Positions 53,309 through 62,642 of a stretch of DNA of 64,000 bases are shown one piece after another. Numbering within the stretch: position 1 is the first letter of the stretch; each line of letters begins with the position of its first letter. The notes beneath the pieces were generated by a model, which made no database searches, had not been told where the DNA came from, and was given only the letters and a program-made list of their open reading frames with translations. Both the position numbers and the translations under genes were made by a program. Source of the stretch: Methanobacteriota archaeon (GTDB lineage: Archaea > Halobacteriota > Bog-38 > Methanoflorentales > Methanoflorentaceae); the NCBI GenBank assembly GCA_963720465.1, contig OY970393.1, positions 1,888,001-1,952,000 on the forward strand, written 5' to 3'.

Positions 53309-56046
53309 AGATCGATAGCATTCGCCTTAAGAATATAAGGACATTCGTTGATTCTGGCGAGATATTGCTTGGCGACGGTACGGTATCTATCTATGGGGAA
53401 AACGGCGCGGGAAAGAGTACCATTGTAGATTGCATTGGGCGAGCGATTTTTGGCTACGACCCGCAAGGCATAAAACCCGCAGTAATTGACTACAGAGGGA
53501 CGAAACACAAGCAAGGCGTGGTAGAATATCTTCTTAGGAAAGGTGAGACTGACGGCTTAATTGAAGTCAAATTCTCCAACAAAGGAAAGGCGTTCCACGT
53601 TGTAAACAGACTATCCCGCACAGCGCCGCAAACCTGGGAGCTTTATATCGACGAAAGAAATCCCAAGCTGTTCGGAAAGGATGAGATCCACCAGCGAATC
53701 GTGGATGAGCTCGGTGTTTCGGCCGACTACAGTGAATCAGCCAGCAGTTTGTTTGCAAATATTATTTGTGTTCAACAAGGCAAAATCATAAACGAGTTTG
53801 AGTACAGCGCTCAAGCTCGGAAGGACCATTTTGATCGGGTGCTAGGGCTATACCGTTACAGGCAAGCCTACGATGATTCGAAGCACGTCAAGAACAATTT
53901 CAAAGAGAAAGCGACTAAGCAGGAGGGCGATGTTCGCGTAGTCAATTCGAGCGTTGAACACCTGAGCCAACAAATCAAAAGCTTGAAAGAACACGAAGAT
54001 GAAGCGAGTATCCTAGACCGCGAGCTCGAAGACATCGACAAACAAATAACTTCACTACGCGGACGCAAACAAGTTTTTGACGAGCTAAGTGAAAAAATCA
54101 GCAAACTTGAACTCGAGCTTAATGCCAATGAGACTCAAATAGGTGCTCTGAAAATCAACCTAAGTAATATCGAGAGAGAACTGAAAGACAGTCGCAGCGC
54201 AAAGCAGATAGTTGAAGCTAATCATCAATCTTTCCTACGATATGGCCAAATCTCAAATGAGCTTCAAGAGGTGCGAGGGTATCTTCGGCAAATTGCAACA
54301 CTTCAGGGAGATCTTTCCGTCAAACAAAGGGAATATGATCGTCTTGAAAATGAAAAGCAAAACAAAATAGTCGACCTAGATAATTTTCGAAACTCCCGGC
54401 AAAGAGCAACAGACCTCAAAAAGCACTCTGACGATTATCGTAGGCGTCAGACTGAACTGGAAGCATTAACGAGTAACCAACTGAGATATGAGACCCTTTT
54501 GAATAAGCTAAAAGACGACCAAGAAGCACTAAACGAAGATGAATCTGAGATCAAAGCAGCTGAGCTGCAACTTCAAAGCTACGAAGCTCTAAGAACCGAA
54601 GCTGATCTTCTGGAGGGTTTAAACAGGGAATATAATACAATAACTGCGCTTCTGGGAGAACGAAACGGTCAGAAGCTACAACTTGAGAAGGAATTGGCAG
54701 ATCTGTTAGAAGGGATCTGTCCTTACACCCATGAGACTTGCGAATCAATCCAAGAGCTCGGCCAAAAGCAAAAGCAAAAAGTAGAACAAATTCAGCGAGA
54801 TCTAGTCAAACTGGACTTCAAAAAGAGACAAAAATCGGAAGCAATTAAGCAAGCTGCTGAATCTGAAAAGACGCTCCGCATACTCGAAAAGAAGAAACAC
54901 GAGCTAGATCTTCTAAAGAACGAAGTGCACAACGTCAACACTGATATCAAGGGCCTGGTCGCCGAGATTAACCACTTAGGCGATTCTTCTGAAGCAATCA
55001 AAAACACAAAAGCGCGCCTTGATGAGTTAAAACCAGTAGCCGAGGAGTTTAACTCGCTATGGTATTACATTCAAAGGTTCGATGAAGATGTGACTCTACA
55101 AGAGATTACTAGCGTTGACGAAAAGCAATCTCGACTGGCGCAGGCTCTCGAAAGAATTGATGAAGAAACGGCGAAGCTTTCTGAAGCAGGCGGGAACGAA
55201 GAAAACGAAACGAGGCTAACTGAGGAACTGAAAGAAGTGAAATCTGCTTATGATCTTTACTTGGCGTCTCTAAACAACGCAGAGAAATTGGAAGAAGCAG
55301 AAATCAGTTATGATGATCTGCGCAGCAGACTTCAGTCTTTAGAGGGTCACCGAGAGGAATTAGATAACAGAGCACTCGAAACGAAAATTATCTACGATAA
55401 ACAGGAACATCAGAGAATCCTGGAAGAGCTAGATGAGAGACAGGGAATCTTCAAAGAAAAAAAAGGGGTCCTAACGCAATTACTCAAACAGATTGATCAA
55501 GAAAAGTCAATCGAAAGTGACGTTGAAGAGAAAAAAGGAGAGTTAATGGCCGCTGAAGTCGAACTTAAAGAAATCAAATCCGATGCTGCATTTTTTGACG
55601 AGATTCGGGCTAGTTTTAAGAAATTGAGTTCCCTGCGTCCAGTCTACACGAGAGAGATAAGTAAGCGCGCAGCACGTTACTGGTCAAGTCTCGTCGGTGA
55701 AGGATCTCAACTGTTTTGGCAAGAAGATTACCTAATCTACAAAACAATAAACGATAATGTAATCTCCCTGTACGAAATGAGTGGTGGAGAGAAAATTTCA
55801 GCGTGCCTCAGTATTCGCCTAGCGCTTCAAGAAGTTATCGGCGGACTCGGCCTTTTCATTCTTGACGAACCTACGATACATCTTGATGAGGAACGCCGTA
55901 ACAACTTGGCAAACCAAATAGGTGGAATTAAAGGATTAAGCCAAGTCATCGTTATAAGTCACGACAATGCTTTTCATTCGCACACAAGGCAACAAATCAC
56001 TATTCAAAGAGAATCTGAGGGCGGTGGCAGCTCTGTAGAATGGTGA
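53305..56046 (+). CDS. rad50: Rad50/SbcC SMC-family ATPase
   Basis: GENGAGKS, Q-loop, long coiled coil with central CPYTHETC, MSGGE, ILDEPT.HLD, ISHD. Confidence 0.92.
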   Translation: MKIDSIRLKNIRTFVDSGEILLGDGTVSIYGENGAGKSTIVDCIGRAIFGYDPQGIKPAVIDYRGTKHKQGVVEYLLRKGETDGLIEVKFSNKGKAFHVVNRLSRTAPQTWELYIDERNPKLFGKDEIHQRIVDELGVSADYSESASSLFANIICVQQGKIINEFEYSAQARKDHFDRVLGLYRYRQAYDDSKHVKNNFKEKATKQEGDVRVVNSSVEHLSQQIKSLKEHEDEASILDRELEDIDKQITSLRGRKQVFDELSEKISKLELELNANETQIGALKINLSNIERELKDSRSAKQIVEANHQSFLRYGQISNELQEVRGYLRQIATLQGDLSVKQREYDRLENEKQNKIVDLDNFRNSRQRATDLKKHSDDYRRRQTELEALTSNQLRYETLLNKLKDDQEALNEDESEIKAAELQLQSYEALRTEADLLEGLNREYNTITALLGERNGQKLQLEKELADLLEGICPYTHETCESIQELGQKQKQKVEQIQRDLVKLDFKKRQKSEAIKQAAESEKTLRILEKKKHELDLLKNEVHNVNTDIKGLVAEINHLGDSSEAIKNTKARLDELKPVAEEFNSLWYYIQRFDEDVTLQEITSVDEKQSRLAQALERIDEETAKLSEAGGNEENETRLTEELKEVKSAYDLYLASLNNAEKLEEAEISYDDLRSRLQSLEGHREELDNRALETKIIYDKQEHQRILEELDERQGIFKEKKGVLTQLLKQIDQEKSIESDVEEKKGELMAAEVELKEIKSDAAFFDEIRASFKKLSSLRPVYTREISKRAARYWSSLVGEGSQLFWQEDYLIYKTINDNVISLYEMSGGEKISACLSIRLALQEVIGGLGLFILDEPTIHLDEERRNNLANQIGGIKGLSQVIVISHDNAFHSHTRQQITIQRESEGGGSSVEW

Positions 56047-57191
56047 AATTAGATCCCTTCTGGATGTACAGCGCAGTTGAGTCTCGAGTTGACGATCTCT
56101 CACGCATCTACTTTAAAAAGAAAGAAGAATGCGAGGCGCTGCGCTCTCAGTTTGAAAACGCATTGAAACTTGACCCACAGGTGATGTTTGAAAGTAACAA
56201 CGCCGAGTATCCGACTATACCCCTAGAAAATCGATGGATTAGCTCAATACGTCCAGATTTCAAATCAATTGAAGAAATGATGGCTTGGGCCCACGGCGTA
56301 CTAGAAGGCAAATTGGTTGCTGCCGTTGATGGTAGTCAGATACCGTATGACAGGGCAAATTCGATACCGACCGCGCTATGCCGCAGTTTTTTGTTTGCAA
56401 ATAAGCATGATGGCTCTTGCATTACCAAAGATTGTTGTAGATGCCTCTTGCCACAAGACAGCCTTGAAATGTCCAGAGATGAGACCATAATACTCCCCGA
56501 TCTGAGCTTTCGCAGATTCGCTTCTGAGATCGATATTGCTTTGAACAACCTGTCGCTGGAGATGGATGTGCTGTTGCTCGATGGGCCATTGATCATGTCT
56601 TTCTTGCACTTGTATAGAAAGAACGTATACAGATCAAGATACATTGGAAAGCTTCTAGCACTCCTGAAAAGCGCTGAAAAAAAGGTCGCGCTAATAGGCT
56701 ATCTCGACGTGTCACACGCTAAGGACTTGACAAAGACAGCTGGTTCCTTATTCGGACTGAATACGAGCAACTTAACTGACCCAGAACTACTCAACGATTA
56801 TCTTGGCGTATTTGATCGGACTTGCGCATTTCTTTCTCAAGATTCGATTCTTCAGCAATACAGAGGTAACGTGGACGGAAAACGCGTAGATTACTCCAAT
56901 CAGATGTGCTTTGCTTATTTGAGGGTTAACTCGCAAAGACCTGTAAGAATAGAATTCCCTCGTTGGGTCGTTGCGGAGGGAAAGCTAAACGATATCACAC
57001 GCTTGATTTGCGCAAGCTCCGCAATTGGAGCTGGTTATCCGTACGAGCTATCGAAGGCCCACGAGAACGTGGTACTGGGCTCCGAAGATCAAGCTAATTT
57101 CCAAAGAGTTGTAGAAGCGATAGCGAGTCAAAATGAATTCGAATTTGCCGCATCGCTCAAACATATTAGAAAGGAGAATCCGGTACAATGA
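56040..57191 (+). CDS. nurA: NurA-family 5'-3' nuclease
   Basis: AVDGSQI, LLDGPL, RIEFP.W and GYPY.L..AHE motifs. Confidence 0.9.
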   Translation: MVKLDPFWMYSAVESRVDDLSRIYFKKKEECEALRSQFENALKLDPQVMFESNNAEYPTIPLENRWISSIRPDFKSIEEMMAWAHGVLEGKLVAAVDGSQIPYDRANSIPTALCRSFLFANKHDGSCITKDCCRCLLPQDSLEMSRDETIILPDLSFRRFASEIDIALNNLSLEMDVLLLDGPLIMSFLHLYRKNVYRSRYIGKLLALLKSAEKKVALIGYLDVSHAKDLTKTAGSLFGLNTSNLTDPELLNDYLGVFDRTCAFLSQDSILQQYRGNVDGKRVDYSNQMCFAYLRVNSQRPVRIEFPRWVVAEGKLNDITRLICASSAIGAGYPYELSKAHENVVLGSEDQANFQRVVEAIASQNEFEFAASLKHIRKENPVQ

Positions 57192-57772
57192 CTCTAATTG
57201 GAGAAATAATGAGAGTTGATTCGGTTCTTGATTGGTTCGGCGAGGTGTATCATGAAAAGGCGGTTACCAACCCTCCAAAAAGAGACGATTATAGCTACGG
57301 AACGTTCGTAAGAGTTGAAGCTTTGGATGTCAAACTCGTGGCCATTATCAATAACGCACACATATATAACCCAGATTACGGGCTTCCGAACATTAAGCCG
57401 CTGTTACCACAGCAAAACAAAGTTATCTTTCCGGACTTTTTCAACGAAATCAAGAAACTGATTAGCTTATATTGCCTAGGTTACATAGATGGGGGGAGGT
57501 CGAGCCACGATTATCCGACAGTTGTCCCAGAATTGCATGACAAGATTTTCAAGATGTCACACAACGAGATTCGCGAATTCCATACACGGGATGGAAAATT
57601 GAGCTTGAGCTATTTGCCGCGCGTATCCAATTTTCATGATTATCCCTACATGCTAGACAAAATAACAACAGTACTGCGAAAAGTTTGTCCTGAGTCTTTA
57701 GAGCTTATTGACAAAGTGCAGAACGAATGCCAGTTTGGAACTTGCATTCAAGGGATGGGGCGAAGGCGATGA
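57188..57772 (+). CDS. Stand-alone HAS-barrel-like protein
   Basis: IGEI...PP...YGTFVRV...P.L...EI..FH...YLP pattern; overlaps both the nurA stop and the herA start by ATGA. Confidence 0.6.
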   Translation: MTLIGEIMRVDSVLDWFGEVYHEKAVTNPPKRDDYSYGTFVRVEALDVKLVAIINNAHIYNPDYGLPNIKPLLPQQNKVIFPDFFNEIKKLISLYCLGYIDGGRSSHDYPTVVPELHDKIFKMSHNEIREFHTRDGKLSLSYLPRVSNFHDYPYMLDKITTVLRKVCPESLELIDKVQNECQFGTCIQGMGRRR

Positions 57773-59301
57773 CATTCATAGGTAGGGCAAAAGGTCCTGG
57801 TCACCGCGCAGGAGAGTTTGCTTTTGTAGCGAACCGGCTGGATGATGCACAACTTGGGGAGTTTGTATGTTATGGAGCGGAAAGAACGCTGCTGGCTAGA
57901 ATTTTAGAGAGGGGGGATTACGAAACTTTTCCAAACAACTTTTTGAACAGCCCCAGTCATTCTCCGCACGAGATCGCAGAAGTTTTTGGCGCCGAATCGA
58001 CGAGCAATGTTGCATCGTACACCATCATAGCTAAAGTCCTTGGAGAATTCAATGCAGAAAATCGTACGTTTAAAGGCACTCGGAGACTCCCACAAGTCGG
58101 AGATCCCATCTATCTCGCAAATAGCACTCTTCTAAACGACGTGCTGCGGCCTGGGAAGGAAACAGGAATCATAGAAATAGGGACTCTTGCGACTCGAGAT
58201 GAAGGAGTGGGAGTTAGTCTCGATCTAAATGAAATAGCTTCTCGCCATTTGGCTGTTTTAGCCTCGACCGGAAGTGGCAAGTCTTACACGATTGGTGTAA
58301 TCTTAGAAGAACTGGTAGGTGCTCAAAATCGCGGATCTGCAGTTTTGTTCGACATACACGGTGAGTACAAGGACATGCCACTTACTGCGAGTTTTGAGGA
58401 TCATTTCACCGTAGTACGTCCGTTTATTAAGATACGGGACCTAACAGTTCAGGACTACAGCAATATATTCGGGCCTGATTTTTCAGGCAAGATGAAGGAG
58501 AGGTTATACCCAATCCTTAAAGAACTAAAAAAACAAGCTGAAAACTTCGATTTTAGTGACGTCTTAGGTAAATTAGGTAACGACACTAATGATGCTACTG
58601 ATGCCGCGATCAAGTGGCGATTACGATCGCTTAAACTGAAAAGCTTATTCTCTCGTGATCAGGATACACCGCTAACGCTGATCTGCAAACCAGGACACGT
58701 TTCGATAATTGATTTGACCGATCTGGACGAGGCAGAGGCTCGGATAGCCGTAGGATACTTAAGTTGGAAAGTTTTGCGTGCACGACAAAACTACAAAAAT
58801 GGCAAAGCATCCCTTGATACTCTTGAATTTCCTGTCATACTAGTGATTGAGGAAGCTCACCAGTTTGCACCATCAAAGGAAGACATTCCCTCAGGGCGTC
58901 AGCTAAAACATATAGCACGGGAAGGCCGGAAATTCGGCGTCGGTTTGATAATAGCAACGCAGAGGCCTAGCCGATTGGACGAAGACGTGCTATCTCAATG
59001 TAATTCCAGCATCATTATGAAGATAAACAACTCCAGCGATCAAGATTCTATTAGACGAGGAGTTGAATCAGTGAGCGACGATCTCATAAGCGACTTGCCT
59101 AGCTTGGAAGTGGGACAAGCAGTTATTTGTGGGGTTTGCACAAACACTCCTGCTCTTGTATCAATCAAATCAAGAAAAACTGCACATGCTGGCACGACTC
59201 CCGATTTTGCTGGCGAGTGCCGTAAGCGCTACGAGGATCACGCAAAAAAAGTCGAATACCATTCAAGGCCTTATCAACCAACAGAGCGAAATGAACTGTG
59301 A
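57769..59301 (+). CDS. herA: HerA helicase/ATPase
   Basis: N-terminal HAS barrel, HLAVLASTGSGKS, DIHGEY, IEEAH, REGRKFG, TQRP; start placed at the ATG at 57769. Confidence 0.92.
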   Translation: MTFIGRAKGPGHRAGEFAFVANRLDDAQLGEFVCYGAERTLLARILERGDYETFPNNFLNSPSHSPHEIAEVFGAESTSNVASYTIIAKVLGEFNAENRTFKGTRRLPQVGDPIYLANSTLLNDVLRPGKETGIIEIGTLATRDEGVGVSLDLNEIASRHLAVLASTGSGKSYTIGVILEELVGAQNRGSAVLFDIHGEYKDMPLTASFEDHFTVVRPFIKIRDLTVQDYSNIFGPDFSGKMKERLYPILKELKKQAENFDFSDVLGKLGNDTNDATDAAIKWRLRSLKLKSLFSRDQDTPLTLICKPGHVSIIDLTDLDEAEARIAVGYLSWKVLRARQNYKNGKASLDTLEFPVILVIEEAHQFAPSKEDIPSGRQLKHIAREGRKFGVGLIIATQRPSRLDEDVLSQCNSSIIMKINNSSDQDSIRRGVESVSDDLISDLPSLEVGQAVICGVCTNTPALVSIKSRKTAHAGTTPDFAGECRKRYEDHAKKVEYHSRPYQPTERNEL

Positions 59302-59545
59302 CGGACTCTCTTGCGAACAAAGGCATTCTCTTTTAGAAACGGCATTCGGGCCCTCTCAACCATTCAGACGGAAAGTGCTGTAGACTAGGGTGGTTAAGCG
59401 CGAGCTGTCAAGTTAAGTTGGTGGTATGACCCTTAGTGCTTCTTTGAATTAAGACGTAAGCCGCGACGACTACTCAGTCATCTTGTTACTTTTAGGCCTG
59501 TAGGGCAAGACGATAACTCAAGTTGGGAGTGTCCCACTATCAGGT

Positions 59546-59610
59546 TCTGTTAAATCAAGAGTTGTTAAATCAAGAGTTGTTAAAAGTGGGTTGTTAACAA
59601 GAGTTGGTAA
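59546..59610 (+). repeat. Left array of five GTTGTTAA-type direct repeats (13-15 bp spacing)
   Basis: TCTGTTAA 59546; GTTGTTAA 59561, 59576, 59590; GTTGGTAA 59603. Confidence 0.9.
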
Positions 59611-59676
59611 AGCACACTTTGTTGCGTCGATTTAAAAACATTTAATAGCACTTGATTTCTCGTTACGCCATGGTTT

Positions 59677-60336
59677 ATGTCGGAACGTAACGAGGGGTTA
59701 CAGTACGCAACAATCGACAAAGCGTACGAGCAAACATCAATAAGAAAAAGAATCGAAGCGTTATTCCTTGACAATATCGGCAAAATTGTAACGCATGAGC
59801 AAATAGTGCAAGTTGCGAGAAATCCAAAGACGGGTGTAGACCCTGAAGATTGGCATCAACGTTTATCGGAATTAAGGACTGACGACGGTTATACTATCTT
59901 ATCGTACCGAGATACCCCAAACTTAAAAGTAAGCGAATATATGATGCCCTCGCGGGAAAGGCGGCCAAAAGCTGATAAACGGGTGCAACCTGAGAAAAAT
60001 ACGTGGCAACAAGTGCTTGAACGCGCAAATCATCAATGCGAGTGGGCAGAAGACGGGATGCCTTGTCGGCTAACAGAAGGGGATGTTGACCCGGTTAGCG
60101 GGGGACGTGTCAAACTTACGCCTGACCACAAAACCCCACACTCAACGAACCCGAACGCTGACCGAAATAACCCGCATGCGTGGCAGGCAATGTGTGGCAG
60201 GCATCAAGTAATGAAAAAGAATTATTGGGATAATGAAACTGGAAAACTGAACGTAATTGCCATTATTCAGTCTGCGTCCAAAAAAGACAAGCGAGCCGTA
60301 TATAATCTTCTAAAAGATTACTTCGGCGAGTCCTGA
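59677..60336 (+). CDS. KpnI-like HNH type II restriction endonuclease
   Basis: RIEALFL...WHQRLSELRTD.GYTILS...CEW.EDG..C...KLTPDH.TPHS...WQA.CGRHQVMKKNYWD closely matches R.KpnI as recalled from memory; similar length. Confidence 0.85.
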   Translation: MSERNEGLQYATIDKAYEQTSIRKRIEALFLDNIGKIVTHEQIVQVARNPKTGVDPEDWHQRLSELRTDDGYTILSYRDTPNLKVSEYMMPSRERRPKADKRVQPEKNTWQQVLERANHQCEWAEDGMPCRLTEGDVDPVSGGRVKLTPDHKTPHSTNPNADRNNPHAWQAMCGRHQVMKKNYWDNETGKLNVIAIIQSASKKDKRAVYNLLKDYFGES

Positions 60337-60345
60337 ATGTTGTCA

Positions 60346-61125
60346 TCATGACTTCAAACGTTCAATTCCCAGGCGGTCTTCGACCATTTTGATGCGTTCC
60401 TCGTTCTGGTCACAAAGGATTGCACGCCTTCCTAGCTTTCTACATACTTCCCCCGTTGTGCCTGTGCCACACATTGGGTCTAAGACTAAATCCCCTTCTA
60501 TCGTAGTCATTTTAATGAGGGGTTCAATCACTTTAGCAGGCTTTTGAGCTGTTTTTGAGGGGTTCCCTATCTGTTCATTTCTTCCAACGAAGCCAATAAG
60601 GAGGGCTGATTCAATCACCGTAGGTGGCCCGGGAATATACCGTAACTTGTTGCTGTGATATTTCTCAAGTTGCACTTCATTCATGAAATGTTCAGGATAC
60701 AGCTTTGCAAAGAATTTGGCGATATGCAGACACGTTAATTGGGCAGAACGCCAACCACGTATTACCGTTGGGCAGTTCTTGTAGTACCACGTCAGCCATG
60801 CCACGAGTTCGGTTCCTTCAGGTAACGTATCGAGCACTTTGTAAACAATCTCAGGAAAACCCCATACAAGAATGTGGTCTGAGACTTTGCTCGTCTCAGC
60901 TATTACTGAATTGAGCCACGGAATATAATCCTCTCGCTGGCCGCCGACTCCTTTGTTGTACCACGGGTCAAGTAAGGTGGCAGTGACGTGCGTATTGATG
61001 CTTGAAAGTGTATCAAATACGTCCTGTGGGGGTAGTATGACTATATCACCCTCTTTAAGTGCCTCGCTTACTTCCTTTTGCACGGTTTGCTCTCCGTTCA
61101 ACAACAGAGATTCTTTCATATTCAC
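60346..61125 (-). CDS. Beta-class amino-DNA methyltransferase (N6A/N4C)
   Basis: Motif IV as DPWY, QKP...LI, GDLVLDPMCGTGTT (motif I) in beta order. Confidence 0.88.
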   Translation of the reverse strand: MNMKESLLLNGEQTVQKEVSEALKEGDIVILPPQDVFDTLSSINTHVTATLLDPWYNKGVGGQREDYIPWLNSVIAETSKVSDHILVWGFPEIVYKVLDTLPEGTELVAWLTWYYKNCPTVIRGWRSAQLTCLHIAKFFAKLYPEHFMNEVQLEKYHSNKLRYIPGPPTVIESALLIGFVGRNEQIGNPSKTAQKPAKVIEPLIKMTTIEGDLVLDPMCGTGTTGEVCRKLGRRAILCDQNEERIKMVEDRLGIERLKS

Positions 61126-61310
61126 TCTTGTGTTGTGCCAGAATGGACAGGACTGACAATAATTATCAGTTCTCCGTTTCTTACTTCAAGCTTCCAGCTT
61201 AGCGAATCTTCGCTTGTTAAGTCAAACTGTTTGACAATACTTCTCGGTACGGTTGTTCTCAGCGACTCCTTTTTCGACGTTGCTGGAGTAAGTTTTGTTA
61301 ATTCGCTCAT
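61122..61310 (-). CDS. AbrB/MazE/SpoVT-fold DNA-binding protein
   Basis: SLRTTVPRSIVKQFDL...D.L.W; GAGGT SD; its stop overlaps the MTase start (ATGA). Confidence 0.85.
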   Translation of the reverse strand: MSELTKLTPATSKKESLRTTVPRSIVKQFDLTSEDSLSWKLEVRNGELIIIVSPVHSGTTQE

Positions 61311-61312
61311 AG

Positions 61313-61402
61313 TTTACCTCTTAATAGGCATATACCTCCTTCTGTATAAATTTACCTATTAATAGTCCTTCAGTGTTACCTAAGAATATATGAATAGGTA
61401 AA
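61313..61402. promoter_or_regulatory. Repeated TTTACCTATT-type boxes, candidate AbrB operators
   Basis: TTTACCTCTTAATAG 61313, TTTACCTATTAATAG 61351 and inverted AATAGGTAAA 61393. Confidence 0.5.
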
Positions 61403-61773
61403 GTATTATGATAGCAAGAACCCAAACTTTGGGGCCGAGAATCTTTAAAGGCTATGAATTTGTTGCTACTTAGCATCGCATAACGCTCACTCTTTTTTAA
61501 CGCCTCTCAGTCCAGCGATACGCAGTACGAAGTCCACATTTCAGAGTAGGAAAGTAGCTACACCCGTCCCGACCACGTGCCGAAAACGCAGTGCAAGCAC
61601 ATTGTAGCTGTAAGATTATGGCTTGCGCTTAAAGACAAGTTAGTGGCTCGCGCGCAACGAGCACTTTTAAAATTTCTAAATTTAGATATCTAAAGCTTTA
61701 AGATATTTTTTTGTTCTTATTCTAATCAGTATTGTGAAGGTTTATGAAGTGTATTCCGCACACCACCCCCTTA

Positions 61774-61810
61774 TTAACAACCCAAAATTAACAACCCTCA
61801 TTTTAACAGC
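61774..61810 (-). repeat. Right array of three TTAACAAC-type repeats (inverse of the left array)
   Basis: TTAACAACCC at 61774 and 61788; TTAACAGC at 61803. Confidence 0.85.
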
Positions 61811-61880
61811 TCCGAATAAAGAGGGGGTATGAATAAAATGCTATCGAGTACCCCCACAGCTTCATCAAGAAATAGCAAAA

Positions 61881-62516
61881 CTAGGTGATCGCGCACGTGC
61901 ACTCGAGCACGTCTTCAAACCGATCGTTCACCATTTCCCAGTTCACGATGTTCCAGAACGCGTCGACGAATTTCGGCCGCTCGTTCTTGTAGTCGAGATA
62001 GTAGGCGTGCTCCCAGACGTCAAGAACCATAACGATGCGGAAGTTTGGATAGACGTTGACATTGTGCTTCTCTATTTGCATTATTATGGGCCTGTTTGTC
62101 AGCTTGTCGAGCGCCAGCGCTGCCCATCCTGACCCTTCGGTGGTTGCCGCAGCTTTGCTAAACTCCGCCTTGAATCGATCAAAGCTGCCGAACTCGTCGT
62201 TTATGGCATCGGCCAACTTGCCTTTAGGGCCCCCGCCGCCTCCTTTGCCGGCAGGCGCCATCGTGGGCCAAAAAAGTTTGTGGAGTATGTGGCCGCCGAT
62301 GTTGAACGACAACTCCTTTAGCGTAGCCTTAGCGTCTAGGTCTGCGTTGCTCTTGCGTGCAGCATCGAGCTTCTCAAAGGCCGCGTTAGCACCGTTTACG
62401 TACGCGAGATGGTGTTTGTCGTGGTGAATCCTGAGCTGTTGCTCAGAGATATAGGGCTCTAAGTCGTTATAGCCATAGGGCAGATCTGGCAAGACATAAA
62501 ACTTGTTCGCTTCCAT
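61881..62516 (-). CDS. sod: Fe/Mn superoxide dismutase
   Basis: HHDKHH.AYV, GGHILH..FW and DVWEHAYY motifs; start placed at MEANKF. Confidence 0.95.
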   Translation of the reverse strand: MEANKFYVLPDLPYGYNDLEPYISEQQLRIHHDKHHLAYVNGANAAFEKLDAARKSNADLDAKATLKELSFNIGGHILHKLFWPTMAPAGKGGGGGPKGKLADAINDEFGSFDRFKAEFSKAAATTEGSGWAALALDKLTNRPIIMQIEKHNVNVYPNFRIVMVLDVWEHAYYLDYKNERPKFVDAFWNIVNWEMVNDRFEDVLECTCAIT

Positions 62517-62642
62517 AGGTCTCATCTCCTTCTGATTGCAATCAGGCTTTAACCTCTGCGAAGGCAAGATATTTACGCTTAATCCTCTTTAACCAAGGCT
62601 TTCTACCAAAATAAATGTCGCCACGTCTCAACCAGCATTAAC

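Larger units (their letters stand above)
59546..61810. mobile_element. Putative non-autonomous cassette carrying an R-M module, bounded by inverted repeat arrays
   Basis: Imperfect ~45-bp inverted ends built from GTTGTTAA units; no transposase or integrase inside; no TSD found. Confidence 0.5.

Noticed and set aside
59546-59610. GTTGTTAA array as a mini-CRISPR
   Set aside because: The 13-15 bp period is far too short for repeat-spacer units
59525-61863. TGT...ACA transposon termini with target-site duplication
   Set aside because: TGT at 59530 and ACA near 61856 exist, but the adjacent sequences are not inverted and the flanks (GGGAG vs GCTTC) do not match
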